From assembly GCF_003815015.1 (NCBI RefSeq), contig NZ_RKRE01000001.1, forward strand, positions 46,460-70,459: 24,000 bases of DNA, given 5' to 3'. The notes under the pieces are model-generated. The model saw only the letters and a list, made by a program, of their open reading frames with translations, was not told the origin of the DNA and ran no database searches. Positions 7,518-16,475 of this stretch are shown in pieces. Every line of letters starts with the position of its first letter. The stretch's first letter is position 1. The stretch comes from Thermodesulfitimonas autotrophica (lineage in GTDB: Bacteria; Bacillota; Desulfotomaculia; Desulfotomaculales; Ammonificaceae). A program made the translations under genes and the position numbers.

Positions 7518-9540
7518 TCAGATCACCCCCGCTGAAAGTTAGGGCCTCAATTTGGGCTTCGATCTGCGCCGTGGTGAAACCGTGTAGCGTGATCGCCCGA
7601 GAGGGGCAAGCCGCCGCACAAACGCCGCAGCCGGCGCAGAGGGCTGGGTCAATCTTGGCCCGCAGCTTATCACCGTGTTGCACCATGCCGATGGCCGAAT
7701 AGGGGCAGAGCGGGACGCAGAGACCGCAGCCACTGCACTTTTCGGCGTCGATTTCGGAGATAAGCGGTTCAACAAGCACCTTTCCTGCGGTGAGCGGTAC
7801 CGCGGCCGCCGCGGCTGCCGCGCGCGCCTGCGAGACCGATTCGGGGATGTCTTTAGGGCCCTGCGCGCACCCGGCGATGTAGATGCCCTTTACCGGAGTT
7901 TCCACCGGGTAGAGCTTGGTGTGGACTTCTTTCAAGAAGCCTTCGCTGCCGCAGGTGATTCCGAGCCGGCGGCCAAGTTCCTCAAGCCCCGGCGACGGTT
8001 CGATGGCGGTGGCGAGAACCACCAGGTCCGCCTCGAGTTCTACGGGCGCGGCCATATCGACGTCGTAGGCGCGCACGCGTAATCTGTCACCGGCGAGTTC
8101 GTCCACAGCACCCACGCGGCCCCGCACAATCTTAATCCCCAGGTCACGGCAGTAAGTGTAGTATTCTTCAAAGTCTTTGCCGCCGGTCCGCACGTCGATG
8201 AAGAAGATGTAGACGTTCGTTTCCGGGTATTTCTCTTTGATGAGCCGGGCCTCTTTCAGCATGTACATACAGCAGACCTTAGAGCAGTACGGATGGTGGT
8301 TCTTATCCCGGCTGCCGACGCAGGAGATAAAGGCCACCGTCTTGGGCTTTTTCCCGTCTGAGGGGCGCTTGAATTCGCCTTCGGTTGGTCCGGTCGCCGA
8401 AAGGAGACGCTCGAGTTGCATGGCGGTGAGCACGTTAGGCGACTGGGGGGAGTATTCTTTGAAAGGAGCCTTGTCCATGACTTTGTAGCCGGTGGCGACG
8501 ATGATCGTGCCTACGTTAAGCTCAATGATCTCCCCGTCGGGGTTATATGATAGCGAGCGGTCGCAGGCGCCCGTGGGGCAGGCCTTCTCACACGGTGCGA
8601 GGATGGGCTCTCCGGTCTTAGAATGGATGCGCGGTTGGGTACCGAAGGTCCGCTTCGCGCAGTTGAGGCAGTGGGCGATGTCGACGACCGCCTTCTTGGG
8701 CACCGCCTGCGGGAACTCGATGTAGATCGCCTTCCGGTTGCTCATGCCCTCGTTGAACTCGTCGGGCACTTTGGCCGGGCAGGCTTCGACGCAGGCACCG
8801 CAGCCGGTGCATTTATCCCATTCAATGTAGGTCTGCCTTCTTCTTACCTTAACCCTGAAATTACCGATGGAACCGTCAACCGCTTCGACTTCCGAGTAGG
8901 TGAGCAGCGTGATATTCGGGTGCGTGCCCACCTGAACCATGACGGGGGTAAGGATGCAGGCGGAGCAGTCGTTGGTCGGAAAGGTTTTGTCAAGCTTGGC
9001 CATGTTGCCGCCGATGGAGGGCTTTTTCTCCACGAGGTAAACCTTGTAGCCCATATTGGCCAAGTCAAGGGCGGCAAACATGCCGGCCACTCCCCCGCCG
9101 ACGACGAGAGCCGCCTTCGTCACGTCCACGTAACGGTCGGTGAGCGGCTCCAAAAGGGCGGCCTTCGCTACGGCGCTGGCAATGAGCTTTTTGGCCTTCT
9201 CCGTAGCGCCCTGCTTATCGTGCCAGTGGGCCCAGCTGTCCTGATCCCGGATATTGGCCATTTCGAAGAGGTACCGGTTAAGTCCGGCGTCTTCGACGGC
9301 CTTGCGGAAAATCGGCTCGTGGGTGCGGGGAGTGCAGGCGGCTACCACGACCCGGTCGACAAGGCCGTCTTTGATATCCTGCTTGATTAGGTCCTGACCC
9401 GGGTCGGAGCACATGAAAAGATAGTCGCGCACGAGCGCAACCCCTGGAAGGCCACCGGCATACTTCTTGACTTCGGCGATGTCAACAGCACCGGCGATGT
9501 TTTCGCCGCAGTGGCAGATGTAAACGCCTATTTTCGACAA
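7510..9540 (-). CDS. hdrA: Heterodisulfide reductase subunit A-like FAD / iron-sulfur protein (676 aa)
   Basis: MSKIGVYICHCGENIAG, VVAACTPRTHEP, FAD-binding VVGGGVAGMFAALDLA, NDCSACILTP, and C-terminal CSGCGLCVPLCP and CAGCGVCAAACP. TTG start (9538-9540) with SD AAGGAGGG in the reverse complement of 9547-9554. Confidence 0.93.
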   Translation of the reverse strand: MSKIGVYICHCGENIAGAVDIAEVKKYAGGLPGVALVRDYLFMCSDPGQDLIKQDIKDGLVDRVVVAACTPRTHEPIFRKAVEDAGLNRYLFEMANIRDQDSWAHWHDKQGATEKAKKLIASAVAKAALLEPLTDRYVDVTKAALVVGGGVAGMFAALDLANMGYKVYLVEKKPSIGGNMAKLDKTFPTNDCSACILTPVMVQVGTHPNITLLTYSEVEAVDGSIGNFRVKVRRRQTYIEWDKCTGCGACVEACPAKVPDEFNEGMSNRKAIYIEFPQAVPKKAVVDIAHCLNCAKRTFGTQPRIHSKTGEPILAPCEKACPTGACDRSLSYNPDGEIIELNVGTIIVATGYKVMDKAPFKEYSPQSPNVLTAMQLERLLSATGPTEGEFKRPSDGKKPKTVAFISCVGSRDKNHHPYCSKVCCMYMLKEARLIKEKYPETNVYIFFIDVRTGGKDFEEYYTYCRDLGIKIVRGRVGAVDELAGDRLRVRAYDVDMAAPVELEADLVVLATAIEPSPGLEELGRRLGITCGSEGFLKEVHTKLYPVETPVKGIYIAGCAQGPKDIPESVSQARAAAAAAAVPLTAGKVLVEPLISEIDAEKCSGCGLCVPLCPYSAIGMVQHGDKLRAKIDPALCAGCGVCAAACPSRAITLHGFTTAQIEAQIEALTFSGGDLNV

Positions 9541-9990
9541 CCCGATCCCTCCTTCGAGTTAACGGTTCTATGCCTCGACTCGTTCTTCCTATCTCCTCTT
9601 GGTGTCCTGAGCGCTATTTACCGATCGAGATAAATGCCCGGACCAGCCCCCTTTCGCCAGTATGTACGCGCAGGACCGCCGCCCTTGTAGAAACGGAGTA
9701 ACGCCGCCTGCGAACCCGGTTGGTAAGGATACGGAAATTCAGGCGGACGCACCTTGCCCCGATTACGTGCGCCTGCGAAAATTTCGACAGCGATCAGACA
9801 AAATCCTTCTTTTTTACTAAAAAAATGACATCCACTCGCGGCAAAAATCCTCTTAGCGAAGGCGCAGGAGGTTACGGCGCCTCTCAGGGCTGCTGCGCGA
9901 GCTCGTTGGTAAAGCGCCCGGCCGGATGCGGCGGCTGCGGGAGGCCGAAACGCTTGCCGAAACGTTTATTGTATACTTGAGCTGCCACTG

Positions 9991-10020
9991 TTTCCAACGC
10001 TCCGCCCTTTGCATTATAAT
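9991..10020 (+). promoter_or_regulatory. Putative sigma-A-type promoter for the carboxyltransferase-accC operon
   Basis: Perfect -10 TATAAT at 10015-10020. -35-like TTTCCA at 9991-9996 with an 18-bp spacer. About 60 bp upstream of ATG 10079. Confidence 0.5.
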
Positions 10021-10078
10021 TATCACCAGGTTTTAAGCGCCCTTTATTTTGCGTTTTTGTTTGGGATGGGGGGATACG

Positions 10079-11917
10079 ATGCGTCCGGTGCGGATTACGG
10101 ACACGACCTTGCGGGACGGGCACCAGAGCCTGTGGGCGACCCGGATGCGGACGGAGGATATGCTGCCGATTGTGGAGCGACTCGACCGGGTCGGTTACCA
10201 CTCGCTCGAGGTGTGGGGCGGGGCGACCTTTGATGTCTGTCTCCGCTATCTTTACGAGGATCCGTGGGAGCGGTTACGGGAGATTAAAAAACGCGCTAAG
10301 CGCACACCGCTGCAGATGCTCTTGCGGGGTCAGTCGCTTGTCGGTTACGGTCACTACCCGGACGATGTGGCGGCGGCCTTCGTCCGGAAAGCGGTGGAAA
10401 ACGGGATCGACATCATCAGGATCTTCGATGCTTTAAACGATATCCGGAACCTTGAGTTTACGATGAAGGTGGCGAAAAAGGCCGGCGCGCACGTTCAGGC
10501 TACGGTTGTTTACACCTTGAGCCCGGTGCACACCACTGAACATTACTTAGAGACGGCGCGGAAGCTTGCGGAGTTGGGTGCGGATTCGATCTGCATCAAG
10601 GATATGGCCGGGATGATGGCGCCCTACCGGGCTTACGAATTAGTTAGTCTTTTTAAGAAGGAGCTTGCCATCCCGGTCCAGCTCCACTGCCACTATATCG
10701 GCGGCATGGCCGTTGGCGCTTACCTGAAGGCGGCGGAGGCGGGTGTCGACGTGATCGATACGGCCTCAGTGCCACTGGCTTTTGGGGCTTCGCAGCCGCC
10801 GGTAGAGACGATAGTCCGGGCGCTCAAAGGCACGCCTTACGATACGGGGCTCGACATCAAGGAACTCTTCGAAATCGCGCAGTACTTTGAGGATTTGCGC
10901 AAAAAGCGGGGCTTTGAGCGGGGGGTAACGCGCATCCACGACATGCGGGTTTTCGATCACCAGGTACCGGGCGGCATGATCTCCAACCTGGTGACCCAGC
11001 TCCAAGAGCAGAAGGCGATCCACAGACTGCAGGAGGTTCTCGAAGAGATCCCGCGGGTGCGGGCGGAGCTTGGCTACCCACCGTTAGTTACGCCTACGAG
11101 CCAGATCGTCGGCACGCAGGCGGTGCTGAACGTCCTCACCGGGGAGCGCTACAAGCTTGTTCCCGAGGAGGTGCGGCGCTATGTCCAGGGATATTACGGC
11201 CGGCCCCCGGCGCCCATCGACCCCGAGGTACAAAAGAGGATCCTCGGCGACCGGGAGCCGATTACCTGCCGGCCGGCCGATTTGCTGGAACCGAAACTGG
11301 AAAAACTAAGGGAAGAGATCGGGGATTTGGCACAATCGGAAGAGGACGTTATTTCGTACGCGCTTTTCCCCCAGGTGGCGCGGCGCTTCTTCGAGGCGCG
11401 CAAGGCGGGGAAACTCGGGGTCATGGCCGAACAGATGTCGGAGAAGAAAGGGGCAAATCCCGTGAAGGAGGCAAAAGGAATGAAGTTGGAGGAGATTCGG
11501 GAACTCCTGAAGCTCCTGAAAGAAAGCGACGTGACGGAGTTTTCGCTCGAAAGCGCGGGGATGAAGCTCACCATTCGCAAGGGCAGCCATCCGAGTAGCG
11601 CTGGGGAGGCGCCAGCGCGGCCGGAGGCGCCGCCACCGGTTGCGGCAGCACCTCCGGCGGCGCCGCAAGAAGAGCTTTACACGGTTAAGGCGCCGATGGT
11701 CGGGACTTTTTACCGGGCGCCGGCGCCGGATGCGCCGCCTTACGTGCAGGTGGGTGACAGGGTGGAAAAGGGACAGGTTCTCTGCATCATTGAAGCGATG
11801 AAGCTGATGAACGAGATCGAGGCGGAGGTTGCCGGTGAGATCGTCGACATCCTGGTGGAGAATGCCCAGCCGGTGGAGTACGGGCAGCCCCTCTTCTTGA
11901 TCCGGGAGAAAAAGTAA
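10079..11917 (+). CDS. Pyruvate/oxaloacetate carboxyltransferase (PycB/OadA-like) fused to an AccB-like biotin carboxyl carrier protein
   Basis: Carboxyltransferase motifs [45 protein letters not shown] and [22 protein letters not shown]. The C-terminus is a complete BCCP: [34 protein letters not shown], then a Pro/Ala linker, then [41 protein letters not shown]. Confidence 0.88.
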   Translation: MRPVRITDTTLRDGHQSLWATRMRTEDMLPIVERLDRVGYHSLEVWGGATFDVCLRYLYEDPWERLREIKKRAKRTPLQMLLRGQSLVGYGHYPDDVAAAFVRKAVENGIDIIRIFDALNDIRNLEFTMKVAKKAGAHVQATVVYTLSPVHTTEHYLETARKLAELGADSICIKDMAGMMAPYRAYELVSLFKKELAIPVQLHCHYIGGMAVGAYLKAAEAGVDVIDTASVPLAFGASQPPVETIVRALKGTPYDTGLDIKELFEIAQYFEDLRKKRGFERGVTRIHDMRVFDHQVPGGMISNLVTQLQEQKAIHRLQEVLEEIPRVRAELGYPPLVTPTSQIVGTQAVLNVLTGERYKLVPEEVRRYVQGYYGRPPAPIDPEVQKRILGDREPITCRPADLLEPKLEKLREEIGDLAQSEEDVISYALFPQVARRFFEARKAGKLGVMAEQMSEKKGANPVKEAKGMKLEEIRELLKLLKESDVTEFSLESAGMKLTIRKGSHPSSAGEAPARPEAPPPVAAAPPAAPQEELYTVKAPMVGTFYRAPAPDAPPYVQVGDRVEKGQVLCIIEAMKLMNEIEAEVAGEIVDILVENAQPVEYGQPLFLIREKK

Positions 11918-11938
11918 GTCTTTAGTGGAGGAGCCTTC

Positions 11939-13303
11939 ATGTTCAATAAGATTCTGATTGCCAACCGGGGTGAGATTGCGCTCCGGATCATCCGGGCCTG
12001 CAAGGAACTTGGCATCAAAACGGTGGTTGTTTACTCGGAGGCGGACAGGGAGAGCCTACCGGTGCGGTTAGCGGACGAGGCCTTCTGCATCGGGCCGCCG
12101 CCGGCGACAAAGAGCTACCTCAATATCGCCAACATCGTCAGCGTTGCCGAGGTTGCGGGGGCCGAGGCGATACATCCGGGATATGGTTTTTTAGCGGAGA
12201 ACGCCAGTTTTGCGGAAATCTGCCTTAATTGCGGGATAACCTTTATCGGGCCGCCCGTCGTGGCGCTCGAGAAGATGGGGGCCAAGGCGGTAGCCCGGAA
12301 AACGGTGGCGGAGGCCGGCGTTCCGGTAGTGCCGGGGTCGGAAGGGGTGATTCGGGATCCGGCAGACGCGCTCGCCCTCGCCAGGGAGATCGGCTATCCG
12401 GTGCTTATCAAGGCTTCGGCCGGCGGGGGCGGCCGCGGGATGCGGGTCGTGCATAACCAGGCGGAGCTCGAAAGGGCGCTGAAGTCGGCGCAAGCAGAGG
12501 CGGAAGCCGCTTTCGGGAACCAGGAGGTTTACCTGGAAAAATATGTCGAGGAGCCGCGCCACATCGAGTTTCAGGTTTTAGGTGACCAACAAGGGAACAT
12601 CGTCTATTTGGGCGAGCGGGACTGCTCCATCCAGCGGCGCAACCAGAAACTTCTGGAAGAAGCGCCTTCCGTAGCGCTGACGCCGGCTCTGCGCAAGAAA
12701 ATGGGGGAGGCCGCGGTGCGGGCAGCGCGGGCCGTGGGTTACTATAGCGCCGGGACGGTCGAGTTTCTGCTCGACAAGCATAACAATTTTTATTTCATCG
12801 AGATGAATACGCGGATTCAGGTCGAACACCCGGTCACCGAGATGGTCACCGGGCGGGACCTGGTTAAGGAGCAGATCCGGATTGCGGCGGGTGAACCCTT
12901 GGGTTACCGGCAGGCGGACATCCGGATCGAGGGCTGGGCGATCGAGTGCCGGATCAACGCGGAGGATCCGGCGCGGAACTTTGCGCCCTGTCCCGGGAGG
13001 GTCGCTACCTACCTGCCGCCGGGCGGGCCGGGCGTGCGGGTCGATTCCGCCGTCTATCCCGGCTACGTGATCCCGCCTTACTACGATTCACTTATTGCCA
13101 AGCTGATCGCCTGGGGCCGGAACCGCGAAGAGGCGATCGCGCGGATGGAGCGCGCCCTCGAGGAGTTCGTCATCGAGGGAGTGCCTACGACGATCCCCTT
13201 TCACCGGCGGGTGTTACAAAACGCCTTTTTCCGCCGGGGCGAGGTTTATACCAACTTTGTCCAGCGTCGCATTTTGACGGATGAAGAATTAAAGTTGCCT
13301 TAG
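11939..13303 (+). CDS. accC: Biotin carboxylase (acetyl-CoA carboxylase / pyruvate carboxylase subunit A type)
   Basis: [65 protein letters not shown]. Directly downstream of the BCCP fusion. Confidence 0.93.
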   Translation: MFNKILIANRGEIALRIIRACKELGIKTVVVYSEADRESLPVRLADEAFCIGPPPATKSYLNIANIVSVAEVAGAEAIHPGYGFLAENASFAEICLNCGITFIGPPVVALEKMGAKAVARKTVAEAGVPVVPGSEGVIRDPADALALAREIGYPVLIKASAGGGGRGMRVVHNQAELERALKSAQAEAEAAFGNQEVYLEKYVEEPRHIEFQVLGDQQGNIVYLGERDCSIQRRNQKLLEEAPSVALTPALRKKMGEAAVRAARAVGYYSAGTVEFLLDKHNNFYFIEMNTRIQVEHPVTEMVTGRDLVKEQIRIAAGEPLGYRQADIRIEGWAIECRINAEDPARNFAPCPGRVATYLPPGGPGVRVDSAVYPGYVIPPYYDSLIAKLIAWGRNREEAIARMERALEEFVIEGVPTTIPFHRRVLQNAFFRRGEVYTNFVQRRILTDEELKLP

Positions 13304-13349
13304 AGGGAAAAATTTAGTATGATAAAAGTAACCTAAGGAGGTGGTCGCT

Positions 13350-13751
13350 TTGACGGCCGTTGAAACTGGCGGGCAGGAGTTACGTAGCGACCTGGGGGCG
13401 GTAAGGATCGCAAACGAAGTGGTAGGTATCATTGCGGGTCTTGCGGCGACGGAGGTTCCGGGGATTGCCGGGATGAGCGGTGGTATCGCGGGCGGCATCG
13501 CGGAGCTCTTGGGGCGCAAGAATCTCGCCAAGGGCGTGAAGGTAGAAGTTGGGGAGCGGGAGGCCGCTATTGACCTTTTCGTGGTCGTCGACTACGGGGT
13601 GCGGATCGCGGAAGTGGCTGCCCAGGTTCAGGCGGCGGTGAAGCGCGCGGTTGAGGAGATGACCGGGCTTGCTGTCGTAGAGGTAAACGTACATGTTCAG
13701 GGCGTGGTTTTCCCCGAGGAGCATAAGGAAGAGGAACGCAGGGTGAGATAA
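13350..13751 (+). CDS. Asp23/Gls24 family envelope stress response protein
   Basis: LGAVRIANEVVGIIAGLAATEVPGIAGMSGG...GVKVEVGEREAAIDLFVVVDYGVRIAEVAAQVQ..VKRAVEEMTGLAVVEVNVHVQGV. SD AAGGAGGT at 13335-13342 places the TTG start at 13350. Confidence 0.88.
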   Translation: MTAVETGGQELRSDLGAVRIANEVVGIIAGLAATEVPGIAGMSGGIAGGIAELLGRKNLAKGVKVEVGEREAAIDLFVVVDYGVRIAEVAAQVQAAVKRAVEEMTGLAVVEVNVHVQGVVFPEEHKEEERRVR

Positions 13752-13908
13752 AGTAGCAGGAAGTTAGGCCTCAGGGGACAGAGGTGCGGGGTTGGGGGTC
13801 AAGGGCCGGAACTTGGTTGGGGTTTTTCGCTGCGGCACGGTTGTTGTCTTTTATAACGCCGAACGTTGAACGTGTTAAACGACGCACGTTTTCAGGGAGT
13901 GGTATGAT

Positions 13909-14445
13909 TTGGGACCGTTTGATCGCGGTCTCTTATTGCTTTATAGCTTGGCCACCAGTGTTTTTTGGGGCGCCTTTCTCCTCGCCCTTCTAGGATGGCG
14001 GCCGGTGCTTGACGCCACGGCGGCAGTCTTTGCGCCGGAGCGGCGGGAGATAGTCTTCGCCGGGCTTGCTGTCCTGATCGTTGCGGGGCTCCGGCTGATT
14101 TACGCCAGCGTGAAACCCGGGCGCCGGCACGACAAGGTGGCCCTCATCGAGGAAAACTCCATCGGCCAGGTGCAGGTAGCCTTAGGGGCGATCGAAAACC
14201 TGGTAACGCGTGTGGTGAGTGCTTTTCCGGGAATAAGGGAAGTGCGGCCGCGGGTCGTCACGGTGCCCGAGGGAGTTGTAATCCAAGTCAGGCTGGTTAC
14301 CACCCCGGGGCTTAAAATCCCCGAGGTTTCCCAGGAGATTCAGCGACAGGTCAAGGAGACGGTCCGGGAAGTCACCGGAATTGCGGTGCAGAACGTCCGC
14401 GTTCTCGTCGACAACATCACGGCTGTCAAACCGCGGGTCGAGTAA
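13909..14445 (+). CDS. amaP: Alkaline shock response membrane anchor protein AmaP-like
   Basis: Two N-terminal TM segments, then a Gls24-like tail (GQVQVALGAIENLVTRVVSAFPGIREVRPRV...). TTG start with GGGAG at 13895-13899. Positioned between Gls24 and DUF2273 genes. Confidence 0.75.
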   Translation: MGPFDRGLLLLYSLATSVFWGAFLLALLGWRPVLDATAAVFAPERREIVFAGLAVLIVAGLRLIYASVKPGRRHDKVALIEENSIGQVQVALGAIENLVTRVVSAFPGIREVRPRVVTVPEGVVIQVRLVTTPGLKIPEVSQEIQRQVKETVREVTGIAVQNVRVLVDNITAVKPRVE

Positions 14446-14461
14446 AAGCGGGGGGTTAAGG

Positions 14462-14671
14462 GTGGACTACCGGGAGTTTTTCGAGCACCACCGGGGAAAA
14501 ATCATCGGCGTGGCCCTGGGCCTCGCTTTTGGCTGGTTTGCGATAGTTTACGGTTTCTGGAAGGCCGTTTTTGTTGCGGTCTGCGTGGGAATCGGCTATT
14601 ACGTGGGCAAGCGGGTCGACGAGCGGATCGATTTTGCTCACGTTTGGGACCGGCTTTTCCGGGAAAAGTAG
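14462..14671 (+). CDS. DUF2273 family small membrane protein
   Basis: GTG start, MDYREFFEHHRGKIIGVALGLAFGWFAIVYGFWKAVFVAVCVGIGYYVGKRVDE. Typical neighbour of AmaP/Asp23. Confidence 0.8.
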   Translation: MDYREFFEHHRGKIIGVALGLAFGWFAIVYGFWKAVFVAVCVGIGYYVGKRVDERIDFAHVWDRLFREK

Positions 14672-14680
14672 GAGGCTTAC

Positions 14681-15103
14681 ATGGGCCGGCGCAGGGCAAG
14701 GGAAGCGGCCTTTATGGTTCTTTTTGAGGTTGACTTCGGGCAGGCTGAGGTAGAAGCCGTTTTTGCCCGGGCGATGGCGGAGCGGGGAGTGGAGGGCCCC
14801 GACCGGGATTTTGCCCGCGACATGGTTTGGGGAACGTTGCGGTACCGGGAGCGGATCGACGCTATCATTAAGGAGCTGAGCCGCGACTGGCGCATCGAAC
14901 GGATGAATAGCGTGGACCGGAACGTGATGCGGCTGGCGCTTTACGAGCTGCTTTACCGGGAGGATATCCCCCCCAACGTGGCCATCAACGAGGCGGTAGA
15001 ATTAGTTAAACGCTACGGCGGCGCCGACTCGCCGCGCTTTGTTAACGGGATTTTAGGCAAGGTGGCGGAAAATCTTGCTGCGTACAGAGCGGCGGGGGGT
15101 TAG
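14681..15103 (+). CDS. nusB: Transcription antitermination factor NusB
   Basis: MGRRRAREAAFMVLFEVDFG..., RYRERIDAIIKELSRDWRIERMNSVDRNVMRLALYELLYREDIPPNVAINEAVELVKRYGGADSPRFVNGILGKV. SD GGAGG upstream. Confidence 0.95.
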   Translation: MGRRRAREAAFMVLFEVDFGQAEVEAVFARAMAERGVEGPDRDFARDMVWGTLRYRERIDAIIKELSRDWRIERMNSVDRNVMRLALYELLYREDIPPNVAINEAVELVKRYGGADSPRFVNGILGKVAENLAAYRAAGG

Positions 15104-15159
15104 GGGTTCAACGTTCGGGCTTAAGGGATGGACTGAAAAATGTTAAAGGCGGTTGCCTG

Positions 15160-16374
15160 ATGCCTGTTTTCACGGTGAGTGAAGTCGTCGGCCGCATCCG
15201 GGACCTCCTCGAAGGCGACCCGGTTCTGGCGGGGTTCTGGGTGCGGGGCGAGGTTTCGAACTTAAGCATCTCCGGCGCCGGGCACCTCTATTTTACCCTG
15301 AAGGACGAAGCGAGCCAGTTAAGGGCGGTGATGTTCCGCTCGCGCGCGGAGAACCTCTCCTTTTGCCTGGCCAATGGGGCGGCGGTCCTGGCCCGCGGCC
15401 GGATATCCCTTTACGAGCGCGACGGGAACGTCCAGTTATACGTCGCCGAAATGGAGCCTGACGGCGTCGGCCTGCAGGCCATCCTTTTGCGGGAGCTGAA
15501 GGCGCGGCTCGAACGCGAAGGGCTCTTTAACCCCCAGCGCAAGCGGCCTCTGCCCCGTTTCCCGCGGTGCGTCGGGGTGGCGACTTCGTTAGAGGGGGCC
15601 GCCGTGCGGGATATCGTTAAGATCCTACGGGAGCGCTGGCCGCTAGCCGAGGTGGTGATCGCTCCCTGTGCGGTTCAGGGCGACCAGGCGCCCCGGGAGA
15701 TAGCGGCAGCGATAGAGCGGCTAAACCGCTACGGCGGGGTCGAGGTGATCATCACCGGGCGGGGCGGCGGCTCCTGCGAAGAGCTTGCGGCCTTCAACAC
15801 GGAAACGGTCGTACGCGCCATTTTCGCCTCGCGGGTGCCGGTCGTTTCGGCGGTAGGACACGAGCGGGACGAGACGCTGGCGGACCTGGTGGCCGACGCC
15901 CGGGCGGCGACTCCTTCGGCGGCGGCGGCCATGGTGGTCCCCGACCGGCGGGAGATGGTGGAAAATCTGGCCGGCCTCGCCGGCAGGCTCAAGGCCAGCC
16001 TGGGGCAGCGGGTAGCGGCGCTCCGGCTGCGCCTACTGCACGCGGCGCAAAGCCGCGTTTTTACCAGCCCCTGGGAAATAATTTGCGGGCGGCGGGCACA
16101 GGCGGTGGACAGCCTGGCGGTGCGGCTCGAACGGGAGCTCCACGGCAGGCTGCAGAAGGCGCACGCGGCGCTTGCGGTTTTGGGCGCCAGGCTTGATGCG
16201 CTAAGCCCGCTTAAGACCCTTGCCCGGGGTTACTGCCTCTGCCGTGATGCGGCAACCGGGTCCCTGGTAACCGATGCCGCTCGGGTAGCGTGCGGGACGG
16301 CGGTTGAGGTGGTTCTATACCGGGGGCGACTTTTCTGCAGGGTGGAAAAGACTGCGGTTGACGATGCCAATTAG
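15160..16374 (+). CDS. xseA: Exodeoxyribonuclease VII large subunit
   Basis: FTVSEVVGRIRDLLEGDPVLAGFWVRGEVSNLS..SGHLYFTLKDE-type OB domain, RGGGSCEELAAFN and PVVSAVGHERDETLADLVADARAATPSAAA. Confidence 0.95.
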   Translation: MPVFTVSEVVGRIRDLLEGDPVLAGFWVRGEVSNLSISGAGHLYFTLKDEASQLRAVMFRSRAENLSFCLANGAAVLARGRISLYERDGNVQLYVAEMEPDGVGLQAILLRELKARLEREGLFNPQRKRPLPRFPRCVGVATSLEGAAVRDIVKILRERWPLAEVVIAPCAVQGDQAPREIAAAIERLNRYGGVEVIITGRGGGSCEELAAFNTETVVRAIFASRVPVVSAVGHERDETLADLVADARAATPSAAAAMVVPDRREMVENLAGLAGRLKASLGQRVAALRLRLLHAAQSRVFTSPWEIICGRRAQAVDSLAVRLERELHGRLQKAHAALAVLGARLDALSPLKTLARGYCLCRDAATGSLVTDAARVACGTAVEVVLYRGRLFCRVEKTAVDDAN

Positions 16375-16445
16375 GCCTCTGAAACCGTCATTTATTCCGT
16401 TTACCCCGCCATCGTAGACAAGTAGCTCTTCCTCCGGTTATACTT

Positions 16446-16471
16446 CCCCCTAAAAGGTAAAAGGGGGTTTT
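16446..16471 (+). promoter_or_regulatory. Short GC hairpin plus T-run immediately in front of folD (terminator-like, or sequesters the Shine-Dalgarno)
   Basis: CCCCCT (16446-16451) pairs with AGGGGG (16462-16467), followed by TTTT. The 3' arm is also the only good SD for the GTG start at 16476. Confidence 0.45.
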
Positions 16472-16475
16472 GGCC

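Noticed and set aside
8623-9390. + strand ORF of 255 aa opposite hdrA
   Set aside because: Long, but antisense to the conserved HdrA sequence; high GC explains the open frame.
9884-10201. - strand ORF of 105 aa with the ATG start at 10201
   Set aside because: Its 5' part is antisense to the carboxyltransferase N-terminus. Only the short 3' portion (9884-9988) remains as a weak candidate.
13784-13993. Alternative + strand ORF (ATG 13904) overlapping the amaP start
   Set aside because: It would end after 29 aa from the ATG. The TTG start at 13909 gives the full AmaP-like protein with a good SD.
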